A stretch of DNA of 41,698 bases from a virus. The position numbers and the translations under genes were made by a program. Below are positions 25,745 to 32,605 of this stretch, piece after piece. Under the pieces are notes generated by a model that ran no database searches, was not told the DNA's origin, and saw nothing but the letters and a program-made list of their open reading frames with translations. Every line of letters begins with the position of its first letter. The first letter of the stretch is position 1. The stretch lies in the UHGV virus genome UHGV-0219058, one strand, 5' to 3'.

Positions 25745-27030
25745 CCCAACTCATAGATTACTTTCAGCTTGTCTGCTGAATACTCAAACGCCTGTGTACT
25801 CTTGTAGTTCATCGTATAACCATTCTCTGACTCGTACTGATCGTTAGGCTTAATTGTTCCAAGCTGCCGATGAATAACTCCTTTAAGGTTTTGAGCTTCC
25901 ATTGAGTGATAATGCCCTTGGTGAATCTCTAGCCAACTACTCTTGCTCCATACGTCTCGAAACTCGGTAGCGAATAGCATAGGATAATCGCCCTTCTTGC
26001 CGAAGTGTCCATGAGTGAGCATAATGCCTACATTGTCTAGCTGATATGCGATCCTTGGTAGGTTGTGTTTGTTTACCGATACCTGCGGATAGAGTGTCTC
26101 TAAGTACATTAGAAACAAATACTCAAAGTCACTATGATTACCACTGGCAAATTCAATCCGCACTTCTGAGCTTTTTCTTAATGATTCATCGATCAGAGTA
26201 ATGAAGAATGTTTTAGCCAACTCAATGGCTTCGACCATATCCACATCTTCGAGTTGGGTACCTTTGATCGTTTGGCTTGCCTTCATAGCGTTTGAGTGAA
26301 AGATATCCCCCAACACTTCTATGACGATTGTCTTATAGCCTTTATTTATGATTGCTAATACATCGGATAGATAGGTTTCAAACTTTCGTTCCGACAAAAT
26401 AGGGAAGTGCAAATCAGCCAACGGTATGACTAGATTGCACTTCCCTTTGATAATTGGTTGAATTGTAATCGGCTTAGTACTTTGCAGCAATTTAGTAGCC
26501 AACGCTTGAATGCTCACTGCTGCCCTTGGCTTAACAACTATCTTTGATTGATAAAGCTGTATAAGTCCATCTACTTGGTTGTTCTGTTCCCAGATGTTGT
26601 TCGTCGCTTGGACCAGTTCCCAGTTATCGGGATCGTATCCGTGTGCTTGTAATACATAATCAGGATTCTTTGACTGCTCTTCAGTCATACGCAGCTTGAT
26701 AAGATTTGTCTGAGTACCATCTGATTTGATTTCTGTAGATACTACATTCTTCTTAGCCTTATCTGTTCGTTTAGCACGCATATTCTTTTCGCTCGGTGGC
26801 AAACCCAACCTGGTACGTTTACTTCTAACGCTTGGCCATGAGAACTCTTTGCCGAACTCCTCCGAAAGCATAGGCGCTATCTCTATATTTGTTAGTCCTT
26901 CATTTGCCAACTCCGACAATCGTTTGACCTGCTGTTCCGTCCATTTAGTAATGTCTGCCACCTCACTTTTCTGCAAAATAAAAAGCCACTCACAATGAGT
27001 GACTAATAAACGACTGAAACGTATTAGCAT
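25741..27030 (-). CDS. Fusion of an N-terminal LuxR/sigma-r4-like HTH with a C-terminal calcineurin-like metallophosphoesterase.
   Basis: HTH: TEQQVKRLSELANEGLTNIEIAPML. Metallophosphoesterase motifs in order: LADLHFP, VLGDIFHSNAM, ASGNHSDFE, THGHFGKK, HQGHYHS. An intrinsic terminator hairpin sits inside codons about 9-16, so the real start may be the in-frame GTG at 26961. Confidence 0.6.
   Translation of the reverse strand: MLIRFSRLLVTHCEWLFILQKSEVADITKWTEQQVKRLSELANEGLTNIEIAPMLSEEFGKEFSWPSVRSKRTRLGLPPSEKNMRAKRTDKAKKNVVSTEIKSDGTQTNLIKLRMTEEQSKNPDYVLQAHGYDPDNWELVQATNNIWEQNNQVDGLIQLYQSKIVVKPRAAVSIQALATKLLQSTKPITIQPIIKGKCNLVIPLADLHFPILSERKFETYLSDVLAIINKGYKTIVIEVLGDIFHSNAMKASQTIKGTQLEDVDMVEAIELAKTFFITLIDESLRKSSEVRIEFASGNHSDFEYLFLMYLETLYPQVSVNKHNLPRIAYQLDNVGIMLTHGHFGKKGDYPMLFATEFRDVWSKSSWLEIHQGHYHSMEAQNLKGVIHRQLGTIKPNDQYESENGYTMNYKSTQAFEYSADKLKVIYELG
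26973..27004 (-). terminator. Intrinsic terminator at the 3' end of the GC-rich non-coding block (inside the annotated 5' end of the metallophosphoesterase ORF).
   Basis: Minus strand: 9-bp stem agtcactca / tgagtggct (one G-U) with loop ttg, then tttttattttg. Confidence 0.6.
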
Positions 27031-27061
27031 TGTTAAGAGGCTCTTTCAGTTTTGTTATTAC

Positions 27062-27710
27062 ACTAGTGGCAAGGATTCGAACCTTGCACGATATAAGATA
27101 GGCGTGGCTTTGACGCCTCGTTTTACTTCTACAATCATTGTCTTCTACATAGCAAGGGAGCAGCAGAATTGAACTGCCTACTTGAACTAGATAGTCACGC
27201 TTGTCTAGAATGGCGTAATTATTTCATTCAAGCCCTCCACCTTTGCGGTACTCCCTGTAACATTAATACGCCCCATGTAGTTCTCTTATATCTGATTAGC
27301 TTTACCCTTTCAGCCACACTAGCTTTTTTGAATGATAACAGTTTCAGGGATAACTGTAAACCCTATCGGTGACACAGGATTCGAACCTGTGACGTTGCCG
27401 GTTCTTCCGGTCCTCCGTACAACCATATCCACCAACTTGAGGGAGCTACCCTCTGCATGCATTTTAGGCTACTTGCACTTACCCCTTGCAATCAGGAGGC
27501 TTTTGCCTATGTCACTGGAGTGGTACTGCCCCACTCACGAACTGGTTCCTAAAACATTAGGAGCGAGAGTTTCAACACAGGTAGCTAATCTGATTATGCC
27601 AGTTCTATCTCGCCGTGCGTCTTCTACTTCCGCCACAGTGACTATCGCCCACAGAATAATTTTTACGTATCAAAAGGAGGTTGAATGCCGTTGTGCTTGT
27701 GGGCGATATC
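27062..27710 (-). ncRNA. Candidate large structured non-coding RNA of about 650 nt (ROOL/GOLLD-class hypothesis, or a novel large phage RNA).
   Basis: ORF-free on the gene strand. GC of about 55-58% against a background of about 36%. Many stable local hairpins (27439..27453, 27518..27536, 27101..27117) and a long-range 11-bp inverted repeat (27643..27653 with 27698..27708). Two tRNA-like GGTTCGAATCC T-loops in minus orientation. Followed by an intrinsic terminator. Confidence 0.5.
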
Positions 27711-27760
27711 TGATAATACTAATTTAACACGTTTTTAGTGCTTAAAATTCCGCAAATCGT

Positions 27761-28174
27761 TCATATATCAAGCATCTTGTCTAACTCTTCAAAGAATCTA
27801 TTTCGATATTCAAACGCTTTTGTTTTGCCGCACTTGATCTGAAAGCTATCAACCAACCCTTGCATCGTATATTGCGGAAATCGTTTGATATACAACTCTC
27901 GAATGATCGTCTCAGTGTCACTGCCGCACTCATCCAGAAGCTCTTGTACAATTTCCTTATTGCGTTTCAAGCGCCGGATCTGCTTATCCGTCTCGATGGT
28001 CCACAATGTACCGAACATCAAATCGCTGTCGCTTCTTGTTCCCTTGATATCCCCATTAACATCCTCTTCTCGATACGGAATTCGAATCTCTTCTTCAAGC
28101 TTTCTGACGTACTTATCCGTATCTCGGTAATCTTTCAACACTGCCTTGACTCGTTCAACACGCCATTTCTCCAA
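27761..28174 (-). CDS. arpU: ArpU-family phage late transcriptional activator.
   Basis: 137-aa protein with a pattern typical of the ArpU family (VKAVLKDYRDTDKYVRKLEEEI...). Position at the early/late boundary upstream of the packaging genes. TTG start with a strong GAGGAGG RBS. Confidence 0.65.
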   Translation of the reverse strand: MEKWRVERVKAVLKDYRDTDKYVRKLEEEIRIPYREEDVNGDIKGTRSDSDLMFGTLWTIETDKQIRRLKRNKEIVQELLDECGSDTETIIRELYIKRFPQYTMQGLVDSFQIKCGKTKAFEYRNRFFEELDKMLDI

Positions 28175-28273
28175 TCACTTGTCCTCCTCATTATCTTCCT
28201 TGCCAAAAATCACACTTGCAACCACTGTCGCTACGACTGCGAGAAAAATCGCCAATGCAAATGTCATGGCCAT
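28175..28273 (-). CDS. 32-aa single-TM peptide (MAMTFALAIFLAVVATVVASVIFGKEDNEEDK), coupled to arpU.
   Basis: RBS GAGGTGA 7 nt upstream. Its stop TGA directly abuts the arpU TTG start. Confidence 0.35.
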   Translation of the reverse strand: MAMTFALAIFLAVVATVVASVIFGKEDNEEDK

Positions 28274-28470
28274 AAATAATCACCTCTATACCCAACTTTT
28301 GGGGTTTTCGGTTTTCTTCGCCCTCTGAATGGCACTACTTCATGCTTCTGTTTTCGCTTGTACCCACTCCGTAAAATAATTCTTGTGTGTTGCACTGGCA
28401 AATACCCATTGTGGGACCAATACTTCTCGTATGTTGCTTCTGGTTTTTCTAAATATTGTGGCCTATACAT
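28264..28470 (-). CDS. Hypothetical basic protein of 68 aa.
   Basis: ORF only. Confidence 0.4.
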   Translation of the reverse strand: MYRPQYLEKPEATYEKYWSHNGYLPVQHTRIILRSGYKRKQKHEVVPFRGRRKPKTPKVGYRGDYLWP

Positions 28471-28473
28471 CGT

Positions 28474-28674
28474 TCATCCTCCCGCTTCCATCGCATCCCT
28501 GACTAACGGATCATTAATAATAATTTTGTACTTCATGTGCTCATGCTGCAGCTGCTGTTCTAGCTTCACTATCTGCTGTTGCTGGTCCACAATTGTATAG
28601 GATAGCCAACTTAGGCCTGCGATCGTTAACAGTATTGATACAACAGCCAGTACCATATAATGATTAATTTTCAT
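28474..28674 (-). CDS. Small membrane protein of 66 aa with a glutamine-rich segment.
   Basis: N-terminal TM LAVVSILLTIAGLSWL. Confidence 0.4.
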   Translation of the reverse strand: MKINHYMVLAVVSILLTIAGLSWLSYTIVDQQQQIVKLEQQLQHEHMKYKIIINDPLVRDAMEAGG

Positions 28675-29086
28675 TGAATTGATCCAAAAGTTCTGGGTTC
28701 TCGTAGATGTTGCCGGCGACAGTTACATAAGGTTTTAATCTTGCTAACAAAAGATTACCAGCACACCAAGTTAGGTCACCTTCATTCCAAGAAATCGCAT
28801 AATCACCATCAATTTCGATGCCAGCGCCCGATTTTTCTGTTTTCTGAAATGGATGATTTCTTACTGAAACGATATCCCCCTCAAAAATTTCCACGCCGTT
28901 CTTGTCTTTCAAGCCAGTTGATTGCATGATAACTAACCCACACATTTCAGGTCTCATAAAAACATTTCGTAAATTATACCCATTTAACAAATATCTCCAA
29001 GAAATCATTTCGTTATTGTTTTTATCCCACGCTCTAAATTTTGGTACCATTTTATCCCTCCTGTTCATCCTGTTGGACTTGATCAA
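28664..29086 (-). CDS. YopX-family protein.
   Basis: KFRAWDKNNNEM near the N-terminus and C-terminal GNIYENPELL, both characteristic of the YopX family. Confidence 0.6.
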   Translation of the reverse strand: MIKSNRMNRRDKMVPKFRAWDKNNNEMISWRYLLNGYNLRNVFMRPEMCGLVIMQSTGLKDKNGVEIFEGDIVSVRNHPFQKTEKSGAGIEIDGDYAISWNEGDLTWCAGNLLLARLKPYVTVAGNIYENPELLDQFNEN

Positions 29087-29561
29087 TCAAGTTAACGACC
29101 TGACCTTTGCTGAGGTTACCTTTGATCCCCAATATTTTCTTTTTAAGATTCAGTTTAATCGCAGCCGTAGTTTCCTTTGAAACCTTGTCAGATACTCTTT
29201 CAGCAATTTTCTTTTCTTGTCTTTTTAACTCGTAGACTTCATCAGCTAACTGCTTTTTTTCTATCATCAGCGTATTATTTTTTGATTCTAGATCTTCTAC
29301 CCGCGACTTATAACGATCGATGCTGGATAGCTTCCCATTTAAATCCGCAACGGTTTTTTCTTTGTTCTCCAGTACGACTTTCAAAGCCTCAAATTGCTGC
29401 TGATCATTTTGAAGTTTTTCGATTTCAGAATCTTTCTGTTCAATTTGCAATTCCAAAGTCTTTTCTTTCTCATATCCTTGGACTACATATTTTTTCAGAT
29501 TATCTACGGGAATTTGATCAGCTAAATCATATTCTTTTTTCTTCTTTATTAATCCGAACAT
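29052..29561 (-). CDS. Coiled-coil protein of 169 aa; unknown function.
   Basis: Heptad-rich, E/K/Q-rich. RBS GGAGGG 5 nt upstream. Confidence 0.5.
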   Translation of the reverse strand: MFGLIKKKKEYDLADQIPVDNLKKYVVQGYEKEKTLELQIEQKDSEIEKLQNDQQQFEALKVVLENKEKTVADLNGKLSSIDRYKSRVEDLESKNNTLMIEKKQLADEVYELKRQEKKIAERVSDKVSKETTAAIKLNLKKKILGIKGNLSKGQVVNLIDQVQQDEQEG

Positions 29562-29577
29562 CTTATCCCTCCGTTCA

Positions 29578-29586
29578 TGATATAAT
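29578..29586 (+). promoter_or_regulatory. Extended -10 element (TGaTATAAT) for the plus-strand gene embedded in the early region.
   Basis: tgatataat lies 19 nt upstream of the ATG at 29606, with RBS aggagg at 29593..29598. Confidence 0.5.
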
Positions 29587-29605
29587 CGCCATAGGAGGCG
29601 ATCGT

Positions 29606-29866
29606 ATGAAAATTACTGTTGATCTAAACTCAGTTGTTCCAATAGCCGTCATTGATGCTGTTAATGAAATGATGTATCCTTTACGAGTCATCGAATTAAG
29701 CGATGATCCTAACGAATTTCTGAAACAACTGAGTATTTACATAAATGAGTATTCTGATGAATTTTCTGAAATTCTTAAGCAACAATTTATGGTCAGAGTG
29801 ACTGAACGTGTTGCAGTCGATCTGAAAACACAAGGAATTTCAATAGTTCCAAAAGAAGACTCCTAG
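29606..29866 (+). CDS. Hypothetical 86-aa protein encoded antisense to the surrounding early operon (moron-like orientation).
   Basis: Strong RBS and extended -10. The last 261 nt of ORF-track ORF 29177..29866. Followed by a weak hairpin plus T-run. Confidence 0.55.
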   Translation: MKITVDLNSVVPIAVIDAVNEMMYPLRVIELSDDPNEFLKQLSIYINEYSDEFSEILKQQFMVRVTERVAVDLKTQGISIVPKEDS

Positions 29867-29882
29867 TGGGTCTTTTTTATGT

Positions 29883-29906
29883 TATCGCTGACGATTGCGG
29901 AATTAA
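29883..29906. repeat. 24-bp direct repeat tatcgctgacgattgcggaattaa, copy 1; embeds the stop codon of the 29903..30157 gene.
   Basis: Exact 24/24 identity with 30421..30444. Confidence 0.8.
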
Positions 29907-30157
29907 TCAACGTCTTCATTATCAAACATTTCGTCTATTACATTTTCCAGATGTTTTGCTTGTTGGTATGCAAAACTCAATGCAACCCTTCGACTTATAT
30001 AATGCTGTTCCAGCTTCATTCTGTTCCGTTGATACCATTTCACTTTTCCTGAATTTCTGATTGCTGTTTCTCCCTCACTAGAAGCTCTACACTCGCAACT
30101 TAAAGCAGATACTAAATTTTGTATTTCTTTTTTTAGTTGTTTTAAATTATTGTCCAA
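29903..30157 (-). CDS. Hypothetical protein of 84 aa.
   Basis: ORF only. Its stop lies within direct repeat copy 1. Confidence 0.45.
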   Translation of the reverse strand: MDNNLKQLKKEIQNLVSALSCECRASSEGETAIRNSGKVKWYQRNRMKLEQHYISRRVALSFAYQQAKHLENVIDEMFDNEDVD

Positions 30158-30199
30158 TGTTTTACCCCTCCTGTTTTACTGGTGTGTGCAGTTTTCGCA

Positions 30200-30373
30200 T
30201 CAACTATTTCCATTTTGGAAAGAGTTCAATCTTGCTTTTAATTCTTCCAAATCCGTTTCAGCATAACTTCTATTTCCATGCCATTGTCTGATGAACTCTT
30301 GATCGTTGGTTTCTAATGCTCTTTCGATTGCAACAATTTTATTTTTTATTATCTTTTCGCTTGTTTTGCTCAT
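30200..30373 (-). CDS. Hypothetical 57-aa protein (under the ORF-track cutoff), flanked by two copies of a TTTCCAAAATGGAAA palindrome.
   Basis: RBS AAAGGAG 8 nt upstream of the ATG. Hand-checked translation MSKTSEKIIKNKIVAIERALETNDQEFIRQWHGNRSYAETDLEELKARLNSFQNGNS. Confidence 0.4.
   Translation of the reverse strand: MSKTSEKIIKNKIVAIERALETNDQEFIRQWHGNRSYAETDLEELKARLNSFQNGNS
30207..30221. promoter_or_regulatory. Palindrome TTTCCA-ttt-TGGAAA, copy A; candidate dimeric-protein binding site.
   Basis: Inverted-repeat arms TTCCA / TGGAA. A second copy at 30394..30408. Confidence 0.4.
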
Positions 30374-30393
30374 CTACCATACTCCTTTGTTAT

Positions 30394-30408
30394 TTTCCAT
30401 TTTGGAAA
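30394..30408. promoter_or_regulatory. Palindrome TTTCCA-ttt-TGGAAA, copy B (extended to ttattttccattttggaaataa).
   Basis: Identical 15-mer to copy A. Lies between direct repeat copy 2 and the RBS of the 57-aa gene. Confidence 0.4.
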
Positions 30409-30420
30409 TAACCACTTCGC

Positions 30421-30444
30421 TATCGCTGACGATTGCGGAATTAA
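30421..30444. repeat. 24-bp direct repeat tatcgctgacgattgcggaattaa, copy 2; embeds the stop codon of the 30441..30635 gene.
   Basis: Exact identity with 29883..29906. Confidence 0.8.
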
Positions 30445-30635
30445 ACAACTCTCTTAATATTTCCACCTGATAAATTGGCAACCGCTTGTGCTAAATTTTT
30501 GTCTTGAAATTTTACCGCTGATCTACAAAACATCCGATGTTCAAATTCAACTTGTGGTTTCGCACACGCTTCGAATTTGTAATAAGTCAAAAACAAATCA
30601 TGATTTTTAGAATCAATCACAATCCATGCCATCAC
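30441..30635 (-). CDS. Hypothetical protein of 64 aa.
   Basis: ORF coupled to the upstream gene. Confidence 0.45.
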   Translation of the reverse strand: MMAWIVIDSKNHDLFLTYYKFEACAKPQVEFEHRMFCRSAVKFQDKNLAQAVANLSGGNIKRVV

Positions 30636-31000
30636 TCTTCCTCCAGTACTTTGAGATCATAATCCGAGTCAATGAATTTTTCTGTTAATTCTGGATTTGT
30701 TGCATTACCCAATTCTGTGTAGATTAAATCAAAATCATCTCGGTTAAAGTCAGTTTGTAAGTAGTTATTGATGATTGCTCTGATACGGTTTTCCCAATAA
30801 CTGCCCACCCCTTTATGCGCTGGTCTTGATAGCCAATGAAATATCTTTACTGTTATGTCTCTTTTTGACTCTACGCCGTTTAAGTTAAAATAAATATTCT
30901 TGGTTGGGACTAAGATTAGTTCGTTTCTTCTATTGATGAATGCCTTCGGTGATATTTCCGTTACAAATCCTATGAACTTTAGAACTTCTACTTGCACCAT
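30632..31000 (-). CDS. Hypothetical protein of about 122 aa.
   Basis: Start moved to the ATG at 31000 (MVQVEV...). The ORF-track N-terminus MGFGKGGRV is the translated RBS AAAAGGAGG. Confidence 0.5.
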   Translation of the reverse strand: MVQVEVLKFIGFVTEISPKAFINRRNELILVPTKNIYFNLNGVESKRDITVKIFHWLSRPAHKGVGSYWENRIRAIINNYLQTDFNRDDFDLIYTELGNATNPELTEKFIDSDYDLKVLEEE

Positions 31001-31362
31001 CACTCTTCCTCCTTTTCCAAAGCCCATTTACTGAATGCTTGGAAAACACCAGCTTGCTGCGAATTAGATAGGTCGATTAGCGCATCTATTACATCAAGAC
31101 TCATACACCGATTTTCTGATTCATCAAACAAAACTGAAAGTGTGCCAAAGATTGATAATTCCGGATTCTTAGTCTGCTCTTTCTTCAACCAATCCAACAC
31201 AATCTGCTGATTATCGTTGAGTTGCGGTTGATCGTGATCTTCAACGATGTCAACAATATCGTCCCAATTTACCCAGTAATCAAAGTTCGAGTAATTGAGT
31301 ACAGCGCTACTTCCTTGAATTCGTTCTTCTTTCAATCTTTTTATTAATTCACTCATAATCAT
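31000..31362 (-). CDS. Hypothetical early protein, paralogue of 34153..34533.
   Basis: Shares QPQLN(D/K)NQQ(I/V)VL(D/G)WLK and the C-terminal F..WALEKEEE / F..WTLEQEAE with the other copy. Confidence 0.55.
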   Translation of the reverse strand: MIMSELIKRLKEERIQGSSAVLNYSNFDYWVNWDDIVDIVEDHDQPQLNDNQQIVLDWLKKEQTKNPELSIFGTLSVLFDESENRCMSLDVIDALIDLSNSQQAGVFQAFSKWALEKEEE

Positions 31363-31395
31363 TCCTCGCTTTCTGCTATTTCGTCGGATAGCTGA

Positions 31396-31584
31396 CTAAG
31401 AATATTTATTTATCAGCTTTGCCATTTCCAAAGTAGCTTCCTCTTTTTTCTTAAAAACGGCTGGCAAAGGAGGCTCCCATTGATAATGTCTAGCCGCATT
31501 AACTTGTTGCCAACCACCGAAAACTCCATTTTTATATTCAATCATCCAGCCACCATAAGGATGTCTAACCAATCGCCATTTCAT
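31396..31584 (-). CDS. Hypothetical protein of 62 aa.
   Basis: RBS GGAGGGG 6 nt upstream. Confidence 0.45.
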   Translation of the reverse strand: MKWRLVRHPYGGWMIEYKNGVFGGWQQVNAARHYQWEPPLPAVFKKKEEATLEMAKLINKYS

Positions 31585-31587
31585 AAT

Positions 31588-31767
31588 CTACCCCTCCAAT
31601 TTCACAATCTCTCTACGTCTTTTCTTGCGTTTGCTCATTCTCTCAATGCCAGTAGGTGTGCTATACCACAAAACAGTATCAATCTTGATGCCTAGTCGTT
31701 TAGCCACCTCTTGTGGCGTTCCCTCAAAAACAAATTGATCTCGTTCATATACTCCGTAAATCGCCAA
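31588..31767 (-). CDS. Possible 59-aa basic protein with a TTG start (MAIYGVYERDQF...KRKKRRREIVKLEG).
   Basis: RBS AAAGGAGTG 7 nt before the TTG. Coupled to the downstream gene. Confidence 0.3.
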   Translation of the reverse strand: MAIYGVYERDQFVFEGTPQEVAKRLGIKIDTVLWYSTPTGIERMSKRKKRRREIVKLEG

Positions 31768-31809
31768 TTGGCTTCACTCCTTTAGTTGGTTATTTTGGTG
31801 GATAGCTGA

Positions 31810-32028
31810 CTATGCACCAAAACTCATCGTATTAGCCGCAGCTTTTAAATAAGCATTTCGATTAAGCGCTGATTGAAACCTTACAACCAATAAATGTCCA
31901 TCACTGTGTGCAATTTCATGCGGTGTTAAGCTATTTGAAAATTTATCTAGTTCTTTTTGAAGTTCATCTTTTTCCATCTCACTCGTATCAAAAACTTTAT
32001 AAAGCCAAACCACATCTTCGTCTTTCAT
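31810..32028 (-). CDS. Hypothetical protein of about 72 aa.
   Basis: Start moved to the ATG at 32028 with RBS AGGAGGA 6 nt upstream. The longer ORF-track version overlaps the upstream gene by 88 nt. Confidence 0.45.
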   Translation of the reverse strand: MKDEDVVWLYKVFDTSEMEKDELQKELDKFSNSLTPHEIAHSDGHLLVVRFQSALNRNAYLKAAANTMSFGA

Positions 32029-32060
32029 ATTCTTTCCTCCTAGTTTTGTATCTCTTCCGA

Positions 32061-32375
32061 TTACTGACTCAATATCTCGACCGTTGCACCTGCGAAATTG
32101 CCTTTCTTCAAAGGTATCTGCAATCTGCATGCTCGATCCAATGTCCATTTGTTCAGCCCTGACATCTCTGCGGCTTCACGCTGTGTGCTGAATTCTTTGA
32201 CTTCGCCATCTGGAAAAGTAAATCTGACTGGCGTTGAGTTATATCTATTCTGCTTTGGTCGATCGTAACTCTTTCCCCACAAAGCCTTTCTCAAAACTCT
32301 GATTTCGTCTTCATCAGCACCTGGCGTATTAACTAACTTTTCCAACCGATACAAATCTTCTTTGTTAGCCATCAT
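32061..32375 (-). CDS. Hypothetical protein of 104 aa.
   Basis: ORF coupled to its neighbours. Confidence 0.45.
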   Translation of the reverse strand: MMANKEDLYRLEKLVNTPGADEDEIRVLRKALWGKSYDRPKQNRYNSTPVRFTFPDGEVKEFSTQREAAEMSGLNKWTLDRACRLQIPLKKGNFAGATVEILSQ

Positions 32376-32605
32376 TCCACCCTCTTCATATCTCGCAATC
32401 TGACAACTGTCCGATCGCTGCCAAACGTCACAATAGCTGAGTTCTCAAGTACTTTGACACACACTGCTTTGAAAGGTTTTGTAAAACGTTCTGTCACGCA
32501 CCAATACTCGATGCCTGCTTTTACTCTCCGTTGCTTTCTGACTACACGTGGCGGTGGGCTATACTTGCCGTCTTGCACGCCTGTTACTGTGTCTGCTAGT
32601 TTCAT
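32372..32605 (-). CDS. Hypothetical protein of 77 aa.
   Basis: ORF coupled to its neighbours. Confidence 0.45.
   Translation of the reverse strand: MKLADTVTGVQDGKYSPPPRVVRKQRRVKAGIEYWCVTERFTKPFKAVCVKVLENSAIVTFGSDRTVVRLRDMKRVE

Noticed and set aside
26973-27030. Treating the ATG at 27030 as the secure start of the metallophosphoesterase gene.
   Set aside because: It has a weak RBS and is followed within 24 nt by a strong terminator hairpin. It is kept as the annotated boundary, but the in-frame GTG at 26961 is flagged as an alternative.
27040-27400. Calling two canonical tRNA genes from the GGTTCGAATCC motifs.
   Set aside because: I could not complete acceptor, D or anticodon arms within tRNA-length spans by hand. 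They are reported only as tRNA-like motifs pending tRNAscan-SE or ARAGORN.
27169-27727. Plus-strand ORFs 27169..27372 (67 aa) and 27332..27727 (131 aa) inside the non-coding block.
   Set aside because: They lie on the opposite strand to all neighbouring genes, have no RBS, and give Pro/Leu/Arg-rich low-complexity translations typical of GC-rich structured RNA read in frame. The region is better explained as an RNA gene.
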